From Antedon mediterranea (Eukaryota; Animalia; Echinodermata), in assembly GCF_964355755.1 (NCBI RefSeq), contig NC_092670.1:12138795-12202794 (forward strand): 64,000 nucleotides of DNA, in the 5' to 3' direction. A model generated the notes under the pieces. It saw only the letters and a list, made by a program, of their open reading frames with translations. It made no database searches and had not been told where the DNA came from. The position numbers and the translations under genes are program-made. The number at the start of each line of letters is the position of its first letter. Position 1 is the stretch's first letter. Below are positions 52,819 through 64,000 of the stretch, piece by piece.

Positions 52819-54812
52819 TTCATTTCTAAGTCCTTTCGTCAAAAAATGGTTTGATAAAAAAAAAAGCTTCAGTTTTTTAACCCTGAAATACCACCCGATC
52901 CTCGGAACTGTATCGATATTTCTCCAGTATCATAGTAATGATGTTTCACATGTATCGCCGGTAACATTATAACCTGACCTTATATAACAAAGACACCACG
53001 TCCATGTAGTACATGTTATTATGTAGGCCTATATTACTGTATATAAATACCCACCGGTGGTATACAGAATATTCCATGAACTGGGCAAATAATTGTCGTA
53101 TGTGAAGATAAAGCACCCGTGAGAATCGGGTAGGCCTACACTTACCGGTACGCAGGTTTTGTCACGTATACACGCGAGATATTTTCAAATTGTGTTTATA
53201 TTATTAAATTTTTATAATAGGCCCATGGGGGTATGGTGAAATACTCTACAGTTATGGCCTTTAGTGTGAAAAGAGAAATACTGATCAACACCCACCGTTG
53301 AGTACGATTTGTTTATACTGTAGTAAGTAGAATAATGGAGGTAGAATTATAATTCTGTATATAAACTAATTATCATTGTATAATAAACATAAACATAAAA
53401 ATAAATGTAAAAGCCGTATTGATTGGTTTTGGATAATTCATGATATAAACATGATTATACCAAGGTGAAGTGTGGATAATTAATGATACAAACATGATTA
53501 AACCAAAGTATTTACGATTCGTAGTGTATGAATGGAAACATAGCATCCAGGTACGTGACACGTGACAAGGCGTGAAAGATAGAACTGCAGTATTACTTTT
53601 ATACATTACATCCAGGGTAACTTTATTAAATCATACCATTAATTTACAAACCTCATATTTTGTGGCGAATATATTATGGGGAAATAATTAGTCATGTATT
53701 ACCACAGAGTAAATTACTCCACGGCATTATACATTTCACAATGCAATCAAGTTTCCATTTAAGTTATATAAATAAGTATCCAGGCCAAACAAATGGTTAA
53801 AGCTACATTCAAACTTTTTTTACGGAACGGAACACGACGCCGCGTTGTTAAATAATGGAAAAATAATAGAATTTAACGGCGCCGTCTTTCGTTCTAAAAT
53901 TGTGAATGTATAGGGCTATTACGATAGACGTATATAGGTGCAGTAATATTTACCGAATGAATTAACTGCAATATATTAGAGTGTGCAATTCACTATGACT
54001 TCGTAAAGTTTGATTACGGGAAGTACGCGCAACACAAGCCACAATGTACGCGTAAGTATTTGTCCAATCACAAGCAAATGTTCCGATGATCCGATTTTCT
54101 GATTGGTCAAATTTCCGCGCGTAAACTTTCTGGTAGAAATCAAGGTTTAACTAGTTTTAATCGATATAACAAGAGAGGCAAGGGAATGTGATGTTATATA
54201 CAAAACTAATGTATAATCATTAGAAATACCTTTAAAATATTATGCTTAGTAACTTGTCTTTTGAATCTATAACTGTGGCATAATTATAAAACAAAGACAG
54301 CAGTGTAGCAATATGCACCTGCAACTGAAATTACCAAGAAGTCCTAAGGCCTAGTAAACTCATTAATTAATTAATAACCAAACAGGAAAACAAAACTACA
54401 TCGCGGTAACTAGCCTAGTGAGTTTGGTTACGTAAAGGTGATTATTTTGAAATATAATTTCATGAAATATTATATTTTGTAAAGTTCCAGTTCCTTGAAG
54501 CAAATCATGATTATCGATGCGCAGAATATCTTTTCATAAAAAAAATAAGGAATGCAAAAGCAATTCACATCCTATGTATAGATTACATGTACGAATGAGT
54601 GTGTCATAGGGCTAGTAAACAGGTAGGAGCATAAGTTGACAGGTGAGGTGTGTTGGTATGGAACGCCAGAGCTGACATAAATGTATAAAGGTAACACATC
54701 TAATACATGTTTATTCGATGGGTACTGTATGTTCTCCACGATCGATAGTTGCATGTTACCTGGATATTCTTATGTCCGCATTGATGAGGCGTGAATTGTG
54801 GGAGAAGTCCTA

Positions 54813-55027
54813 CTGATTGATTGATTGAAATATATATTTATACTGGGTAACCTCTTCAGTCAAAGACTGGTCTCCCAGAGGGCCTAGTTATGATCAGTGG
54901 CTGTGATGTACTAATACACCGGGGTAACCCCCTACTCGTCTCGAAAGATGTACTAGGTTCTTTAAAGTGCACACGAGCTAGATGTGTACACTGGACCTAC
55001 GGTTTATAGTCCTTATCCGAGAAGATT
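54813..55027 (-). mobile_element. 5'-truncated Deu/Nin-domain SINE with an (ATCA)n tail
   Basis: Minus strand CTCGGATAAGGACTATAAACCGTAGGTCC...TTAAAGAACCTAGTACATCTTTCGAGACGAGTAGGGGGTTACCCCGGTGT resembles the DeuSINE/AmnSINE core as I recall it. Confidence 0.7.
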
Positions 55028-58000
55028 CTCAGGCATAAACTTAGTAATTTTTAATATTTATACCAAAATAAATAAAAAATACCTCGACCGGTGAGATATT
55101 TGTAATATTCACTCTTAAATCGAAAAGATCAAACGTTGCTTTGTACTATTAAAGGGAAAATCATATCGACTTGCGTGCACAATCTATTCATGCATATAAG
55201 CCGTAACCGACGCAGCTTTGTCTAAAGCGATTTCTTAAAATAACTCGCAGAAATCGCAACAATACCCTTTATTATAAATCTCTTTACCAATCTACAATAA
55301 AAGTATACAGTACAATAAAGTTATGCTTTAGACATTCATTTATAATGCATTCGCATCTGCTGTGGTTTAAAGCTCGACAGCATGAAATATTATGTATTGA
55401 TTATATGCTTATTGTTATTATATTATATTAACATTGATAGGAGTATTAGGAACTCCATAGACAATTATAACCGTCAGGATTGAGTTGTTAACGTTACCGT
55501 GGCATTTCTTAAATAATTGACCAACTTTAAGAATTGTGTTACGTTTGACAAGTAAAGGCACAAATGGGAAATAAGCGTTGAGATGTTGTTAAACAGACAT
55601 ACACGTACAACATGATAACCTTAATTATTCATGTACTACCTTAACACACACTATACGATGTTATGATAAATCGACAAAAATGCTAGAATGATAATGCGGC
55701 ATTTATATATAATCTGGCTGAAAGAAAGGTAATGCGCCTTGGCAGCAAAAAAATGTCGAGAATGCTCTGAAACCACTAAAATGATTGCGATAACATAATT
55801 ATACTAGATATTGCAATATTGCAGTGAGTGCTGAGATATCTGGATAAAAGAAAATACTAATTTGTAGAAAATGTGGACATTTCACTAAATTTGACAACCG
55901 TAGCCTGTAATAATGATTTCACCAGTAGAGAGCAAAACCGTACTAGTAGCCTAGATTGTCTTAGGCCAATGTTTTGTGGTCAAACAATAACCTTTCGGTT
56001 CTGAATGTTGAATGAAGCGTGACGGGGATCAACAAGCTATGGCGCCATCACAATCCTCCGAGATTTCCAAGAATCAAAGAGATTTTCTGCATTTTTTTGG
56101 ACATCAGTTTTGCTCAATATTTCATTCACCCAAAAAGAATCGTGTTTTAAAAATCTGGTGTAAACCTCGATGTACTGGTACATCTCAGCCCAGTCGTTGT
56201 TGACAGACGAATGTTTGGTACCCAGATAGCTAAACTAAACGTGGGCCTGAAGTTGAATTTTTATTTTGAATTTATTTAGGCCTATAGGCCTTATGTTTTG
56301 CTATTGTACATATCCATCAGAGGGGTATTAAAGACCGTAATTGTACTGGGAAAATGTTTAACTGCATTTGAAAACCACTGGAGTGGAGAAAGATTCATAT
56401 AAAAGCAGATTATAACTACACAATATATATTTTTTTATCTATATAAAAGATAACTTACGAAGTATACAAAGTGATGCATGATAGTCAATCCCGGAAACGA
56501 TTGCTCTGGTCTACATATCTACATAGTTTCCGGAAAGTCCGGTATAAATTACCGTGAAAAAAATTGTCGGAATAATTTAGGGCCTATCATCACCTAAAAC
56601 GAATAATATCACTTTTATCAGTAAAAAAAAAAAATAGATACCATACGTTTTCTACGAATGATAATCTTCCAGAATAAAATGTGCGTATACTTCCTTCTTG
56701 TATAAAATAAAACATATAATGTTTCAATTCATTATGTTACATGTACGTAGTCAATATAAATCTTGAGCGATGTTAACTGTATACAACATGCCTCTATTCT
56801 AACCGTACGTTTGAAAACGTACTACATCCTATTCTTGTCTTCAGTGCGTTTCGTCTTCCACGAAGATGAAGTTCATCACCGAATTGACAAGTTCAGATTC
56901 TGACAGATCTTTTGACGTAAATGCTTGCTTTGACGGGGATAATGATGCATTCGAGCAAGCTGTAGTAAATGTTAAAAGGATTATATACTGTTTGCTATCA
57001 TTTAGTATCAATAAGGTCTTAAGAGGGACTCGAAGGTGTTGGGATATTACCATACAAGTGACAGATAATCCCATCTATAATCCCATCTATAAGATATGGA
57101 ATCCATTATACGACTACACGTAATCACGTGCTTCTTCGTTGATTCACTTTCTTTTAAAAAATGATACTAGAGTTACATCTATTGTCACTCATGACATAAA
57201 TCGCCGCTCACAACATTTATTTTCGATGAGTATAGCCTCTTCAAGGCTTGTTTCCATAAATGTATACAAACTAATACAAAACAAGAAGCTTTTAAAACAA
57301 CATGACCATAAATGTCTCATGATTAGAATATTACAATAATTAATGGATGGTTTAAACTTACTTTAACCGATTCTCTGTCCTGTTTCTATATACTTTGTCC
57401 AGTTTCATGAGAGCATTTTGTAATACACTGTAACATAATGTATCACATAAAAAATGTCATATGCAGAGAATCGGGTGCTTAAAGCCTACTAGTAGAGTAT
57501 ATGCTCGCCTCAGGGTACCTCCCCCATCCCAATGCATGTAAATATGATAAGCAGTACAAATACAATCTCTCTCTTATAGATAATAATATTGTTAGATTCA
57601 ATAAAATAATTATAGGATTTACACCACCGACCTCCGACAAAGTTATTATTTTATATAATATATACCAAAATAGACATACGCCGTATTACTATTGGAACAT
57701 TAGCAAAATCACATTAGACAATTAAACACAGGTTTAAAAATAACACACGGAAAACCATCAAGCCATATAAATGAATATAAAAATAGTCGGCATTATTTTT
57801 TTTTATAAAAGATACTAATTCAGAACTTTGCGGGCTGAAGGCATCATGGAAGATGAATGAACTTGAGTCTCTTCTTTAGCGCATGAGCACTGCATGCATT
57901 TTTTTGTTTTTGAGTGCGACCGAATGTCTATAACTCTATGCAACTTAGAAATCTTTTAGATTAATGGTGCGACAAGAGACAGAGACGTGCTAAAAAAAGA

Positions 58001-61000
58001 TCAATACTTAATTAAACAACAAAAATAAAACACATCAGTGTCAATTAGTTGAAGGTTCACGGGGTACTGACACATTTAATGAATATTAAGAACAATTGAA
58101 GAAATGAAAAAAAAAAACCAAAAAAACAAAAAACAAATAATAGCAATAAAAGATTTAAACAAACATAGATACACAAATCAAGGTACAAAAGTAAACATTT
58201 GTAAAAAATACAACAAAAAAACGAACAAAATCACGATACTACTAAAAGCAAACAAAAAACACGAAAACACAAAATAAGCCCTATATGAAATCAAGATAAT
58301 AAAAAGAAAATCAAAACATAAACAAAAATCATAAAAAAGTCAAAATGCTCAATAGAAAAACTTTTTGTTTAAAAAGTTCAATAAACAGAAATAATTAAGA
58401 AACTCGTAAATTCGATCGAGGATACGACTGAAAAGGTCCAACTTGGGCAACTCATGCACTAAAGGTAAAATTTCTAGGTTCACAAAATTAAGAATTGACA
58501 TTTTATTTTAACAAATTATTATGCATTTTTTTAAAAGTAGTTCAACAATCGAATATCTGCTACTAATTTGTACAATTATTTATATCCAATTAAAAATAAT
58601 TTATTAGCATATCCTACAAAATGGTTATTTCATTAGACAAATGTATCACAAGTTCATTTTGAGGAGACAATCCTCTTTACTAGATGTCTACTATTTTATG
58701 ATATTTAGATTAGTTTTTATATAGATCACTATGGCTGCAAAACCCTATAATAGAAAGTGTCATCATTTTAAAAGCCCAATATGTACTTTGAGGTTTTTTA
58801 TATGCTAACCCAAATTCCACATTCGGTAGATGAGCAAGCCACATCTCAAAGAAGACCGAGATCCTATTATGGAGAGCTAGCTGGTGGCGAAATGTTCGAT
58901 ATTTATATTACAATCAAAATAATGTGCTGCTCTAATGAAAAGTAAGTAAAGTAAGAATAATTTCTTAATGATACCTTTTTTTATTTATAATTTGTATATT
59001 TATCAATTCATTAAAACAAATTCACAGGTGCATACAGTACTGAGACTCAGCTAAATCCCTTGCGTTAAACGTCCGAAATTGTACATCTCTCTCTTGAGCA
59101 TTAAGTAAGTGAGTAAGTAGATATTCCATCAGATACTAATCAACAGATTCTTTTACGAATTATCAGCCTAAAATCAAGGATGTGGCTATTACTTCAAAAA
59201 CACACTATGGAGACTAATTATAATGATAATTAAAATCTTGAATGTCACATACAATATGTTAAATACAAATCAAAGAGTTAGGATTACGTCTTTTAAAAAA
59301 CGATGTTTACTACATCTAACACTAATATATCACCTATACTAATCTTATTTACATACTGTACACCCAGTAAATATGCAGCAACGGTGTTTTGCAAGGTATT
59401 GAGAATGAAAGTTTTTTAATTAATAAATAGAATGTTACTATTTATCATTATAATCTACTATAGAAGACAATTCTGGTCAGAATGTTAATTTGTATATATA
59501 AATATTTGTTGATGGATTCAAACTAATGTACTACAAATGGAAAGAAGCATTTTATACCAATAGATCAAAGTTTTGGTCCTCTCTCCTTCATCTTTTTTAT
59601 TTGTAATGTATTATACCATATGGACAATTGTCTGAAATAAAAGTTGAATTGAATTACCACAATGATCCGAACACCCCATTCTCCGACCGCACCATTTTTG
59701 TTCAAAGTAGTTTAAAACCTTCCATGAAGTACAATTCCTGTCTGACCCCCATTGCGTACATGCGTGCAGCAGCGCAATAACAAAACATTATAGCAAAACG
59801 TGCACGGAATTTAACATGTAACAACCGTCAAATGAATTATTTATCTGTCAACCTCCTTCTCCCTCTCTCCAAAAAAAAAATCATAAAAACACTATTTTTC
59901 ATTACGCGTACAAATATTCATTTAGAGAATTAACTAAAAGAGATTAACTTCTGACTCGAGAGCGCACTCGCGTAGGTTTATGTTGGTTAAGATATTCATA
60001 GAACAGTATTAGGCCTACCCCCATTAAGGAAATACATATTTATTTTTTCTATGTATAACAGTTTCTTATTTGATAGCACCACCACCAGACAATAACAAGG
60101 TTTATCATAAAGGGAATTTAATGGACCAGTGTCAGTTATTGTGTAGTAGATAAAAATTGTTATACAGTATTTATAAAACGCTTTCCTTGTATTACACTTT
60201 CAGTTTTTATATTTGCGTGTTCATGGTGGTTAAACTTTCAGGCAATACATTGTATACCCGGATATCCTATGCATTCATCTCATTCAAAGGTATTTCAACC
60301 CTCGGATCATATCTATACGGTTAAAAATATTATTATTTCGAAATAGAATTAAACAGTATAATTGCCTCAAAGCGCAAAATAATATATTGTAATATAGACT
60401 TATCTTATGAGGAGAAAACGATTATAAATTGTACCAGGAAATACGTTTAGGCTTAAACCACTAAACAGCAAAAAGGCAACACACGTAAGAGAGAGACCAA
60501 AATGCGGCATAGTGCCTTTATGGGCGCGCGTCTTGATGAATTTAAACGGACGTATGCCCAAGTAGCCCAAGTCTGTATTTATTGGTTATTTTTTATGTCG
60601 GCGATTCGATTTTTGTCAGAAAATACAAGCTCATGTATTATACGTATGAAACGCCAAATTTGCCAAAATATTTATTTCTTTACTAATTTCGGTCTAGAAC
60701 CTAGACTAGCGACGCTAGTTTGTTTACATTACGTCGCCCAACAACTTGTCGCAAGGGCGACAGAACCGCATAATGGGCACCAATCACAAGGAACTACTAA
60801 AATATAATAAATACGTTGAAATGAAGCAAGATATCAAAATAACAGACCAGTTCGCTGAATAACATTGTTTCTCGTTAAGGATGTCGAAGTTAAAGTGTAA
60901 AAAAGTAACGAATTATAAAAATACATAATTTAAACATTGATCTAGGGCTAACGTTCGACTTTAATAAGAATTTGATTTGCATGGTTTGTAATATAATAAC

Positions 61001-61560
61001 AATATGTACGTATGTAAACACATGGCCTTGTAAATATGCATTGTGATTTAAAGATATATAATAATATTTCATTCTTATATAGTTCATAGCTCTCAATGCG
61101 CTACACATTATTACCCCGGTCATTTTTTTTAATCATACACGTATGGAAACACACCCCATAATAAAGCAGCTAACAGTCAGTAATTACTGTTCACGCCTAA
61201 TTAGAACACATACACTGTGTTTAGGTCGTAAACACGACCTAGATTTACAGAATTAGAATAACTATTGTAATAAAAAAATTAAATTAAAATATCGATTCAA
61301 AATATGGTAGGCCTAATAAAAGTCATTAAAAAATTATGATTATCCGTCGTTGTAATTATAATTCGCTTCTTAATATGAAAATTGCATTTTCAACAAATTA
61401 TTAAAAAAACTCCGGCCTTATACGTGTGAAATAGAGCTTTTAAATTATTTAGTAATTTAGTAGGGAACACGTACTCTCATTTATTAATGATAGGTATATG
61501 AAAGAAAATAATCAAAACCATATTTGATTTACAGAAATATATTTAAAACCGAACGTGTAT

Positions 61561-61712
61561 AGCTCTGTATACACTATCAAACATGTCACAAAAAATGTCA
61601 TGTGCCCATATATGGACAAGATGATGTCATATCACCATATTTTGGCATATCACTACCATGTTTGGGCACATCACACTTCTTTGTCAAACTAGTTTGATAG
61701 TGTAGACAGAGC
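61561..61712. mobile_element. Second copy of the GCTCTGTCTACACT MITE
   Basis: TIRs GCTCTGTATACACTATCAAAC / GTTTGATAGTGTAGACAGAGC; reverse-complement match to 28795-28975. Confidence 0.8.
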
Positions 61713-62089
61713 ATAGAGTACACGAAACATTAATAAATGTCCATAGGTAGATTGTAACTTACTATTGATAGTCATCTAGATACGAGTCTATGTGTATTAA
61801 GTACTTTTAATACATGTTGTCCATGTCACTGATTATTCTACTGTAGTTACTGCAGTAACTATATTCCTTACTACACTACAACAACGCAGGCTTCCAGTTT
61901 GTTCAATGTAGAAGTGTATGAGGCAGTCGCTGTAACAAACAGTTTGTATGACTACCTAATAAAAACGCTTAAATAATTGAATAAACAAGTTAAACATAAG
62001 TAAATTATTATTACTTTCGATATCGGCTTCGTGGAAGAACATCTGATTCTCGGTATACAATTTTAAATACTGTTTTGTTTAGTAACATA

Positions 62090-62326
62090 AAGGTAACTCC
62101 CGTTCTGAGGGAAATGATCTGTTAGGAGCTGATTTTACTAAGCCTCGTCATTATGTGGTAGGGTGGCCAGTTCCTATCCACGCTGCCTTATCCTCCTTAG
62201 TATTTTCATTTTCAATATATTTTTGTTTTTTTACATTTACAGCTGAGTAAACTGGAAGTTGTCGGGAATTGAACCCGGATCCGATCTCTTTGTATGACAG
62301 CCAAGCAGTCATGGTCCTAACCACTC
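62090..62326 (-). mobile_element. tRNA-derived SINE with a 12-bp TSD
   Basis: Minus strand AGTGGTTAGG (A box) and GGTTCAATTCCC (B box), then CCAGTTTACTCAGCTGTAAATG. Flanked by TTTAGTAACATA at 62078-62089 and 62327-62338. Confidence 0.75.
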
Positions 62327-63406
62327 TTTAGTAACATATATTAATAAAATATATAATAAATCTATGATCAAATATTCCTATTTAAAGCCTGTATGTTAAA
62401 ATGGACCCTAATAAATTAACCTTCTTTTAAACGAGCACCATGTGTGATACACATGAGATGTTGTATTACGACATTTGCCTACGATACTGCACAATGTTGT
62501 CATGTGGAGATAAAACACTAAGAATCGGATGGAAGAACATCAACATTTTTTTTGTAAAAACACGTTAGCTAGTTGGAATTTCAAGTGTTCTAATACTAAT
62601 TATTTATACTGAGTTCTATTAATCAATCTCTCGCGTCAGGTTGGAGAAAATTCACTTAGAATGCATTGGTGTTGCATTACTTACACATTGTGAATATCAC
62701 GTAAGTAAATATCACTGCATTTTTTTACTTGTAATATTTATGATAATTTAAAATTGAAATGTACAATATCTCTATATCGTATAAATCAAAAGAAAGAAAA
62801 GCAACAGTAGCTCCGTGGATAACGGATAACAATTTCGATTTTTAAATACTAAATCGATCGATCGAAAATAAATAATATGGTGTGAATATTTATATGGTTG
62901 TCAACGAAGGAAATAGTCTCCTGACGACAAGTACTAAACAACTTAATCGGCTAATTTCATTCGAACTTTATTTTTATTGTACAATATGACGTATTACCGA
63001 ATACAAATCTTACTATTTATGCCCGTTTATGTATTACGTCATTATTAATTACACACGCATAACGGATTGTGACTAGCGTCATCGCACTGCCACGAATACA
63101 AAACATTAATTGAAAAAAAAAACACTTATAAGTACACAAACTATCGCTCTAAAGTAAATTAATCAATCTTTAAATCAATTTTGAATAAAAGACGGTAGGA
63201 TATAGGAAATTAAAAAAAAATCAGCGGTCCGATTGTGGCAGCGGAATAGGAAAGTTGTGCACGGCAAATGTTTGAAAAAAGTTAAAGGTGCACAAAATAC
63301 TGTATCACTTTGACGTGCAGTAGAACTCAACGATACAAAAGTAACCAATCAGATTAAGGATGCACTTCTTTATATTCTTATATATAAATCCAAAGGCAAA
63401 TTACTC

Positions 63407-64000
63407 AAAAATGACAATGCTGTGGGTGTATCAGTGGCTGGATCTCAATGGAGATACAAAATGACAATGCTGTGGGTGTATCAGTGGCTGGATCTCAATG
63501 GAGATACAAAATGACAATGCTGTGGGTGTATCAGTGGCTGGATCTCAATGGAGATACAAAATGACAATGCTGTGGGTGTATCAGTGGCTGGATCTCAATG
63601 GAGATACAAAATGACAATGCTGTGGGTGTATCAGTGGCTGGATCTCAATGGAGATACAAAATGACAATGCTGTGGGTGTATCAGTGGCTGGATCTCAATG
63701 GAGATACAAAATGACAATGCTGTGGGTGTATCAGTGGCTGGATCTCAATGGAGATACAAAATGACAATGCTGTGGGTGTATCAGTGGCTGGATCTCAATG
63801 GATGTACAAAATGACAATGCTGTGGGTGTATCAGTGGCTGGATCTCAATGGAGATACAAAATGACAATGCTGTGGGTGTATCAGTGGCTGGATCTCAATG
63901 GAGATACAAAATGACAATGCTGTGGGTGTATCAGTGGCTGGATCTCAATGGAGATACAAAATGACAATGCTGTGGGTGTATCAGTGGCTGGATCTCAATG
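63407..64000. repeat. Near-perfect 50-bp tandem array (about 12 copies visible, runs off the window)
   Basis: Unit CAAAATGACAATGCTGTGGGTGTATCAGTGGCTGGATCTCAATGGAGATA; one variant near 63801. Confidence 0.97.

Noticed and set aside
56841-57339. Short ORFs, including MKFITELTSSDSD...
   Set aside because: No homology I can recognise and no consistent exon chain.
58000-58720. A-rich tract possibly marking a decayed minus-strand LINE 3' end
   Set aside because: Too degenerate to assign by eye.
63407-64000. Possible CRISPR array
   Set aside because: Head-to-tail identical units with no spacers.

Overview
AT-rich, intron-containing animal DNA, probably from an invertebrate deuterostome (inferred from a Deu-domain SINE and the gene content; no taxon is asserted). 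Read by eye; no searches were run. The main gene is a minus-strand class B1 (secretin-family) GPCR of the CRH/DH44-receptor type. I could splice it by hand into 12 phase-compatible coding exons (49138 to 8253, 693 aa), with a ~35 kb first intron and a ~260-aa C-terminal tail. At the left end is the first coding exon of a type II thioesterase (OLAH-like), whose intron holds an intron-containing Kolobok transposase element with a TTAA end. The rest is a dense mobile-element record: a 5S-derived SINE, tRNA- and Deu-SINEs, a 2.55 kb IS3EU-type foldback element, Kolobok and Harbinger-like MITEs, a Penelope-type inverted repeat with a minimal hammerhead ribozyme, and 21/42-bp and 50-bp tandem arrays. 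The most unusual signal is a set of nine 19-39 bp CA..TG-type micro-hairpins, each flanked by a perfect or near-perfect 7-bp duplication, one with empty-site sister copies in the same array. They look like P-superfamily (Galileo/1360-like) excision footprints. A strong excess of TAGGCCTA/TAGCCTA/TACWGTA words may be a second class of footprint.
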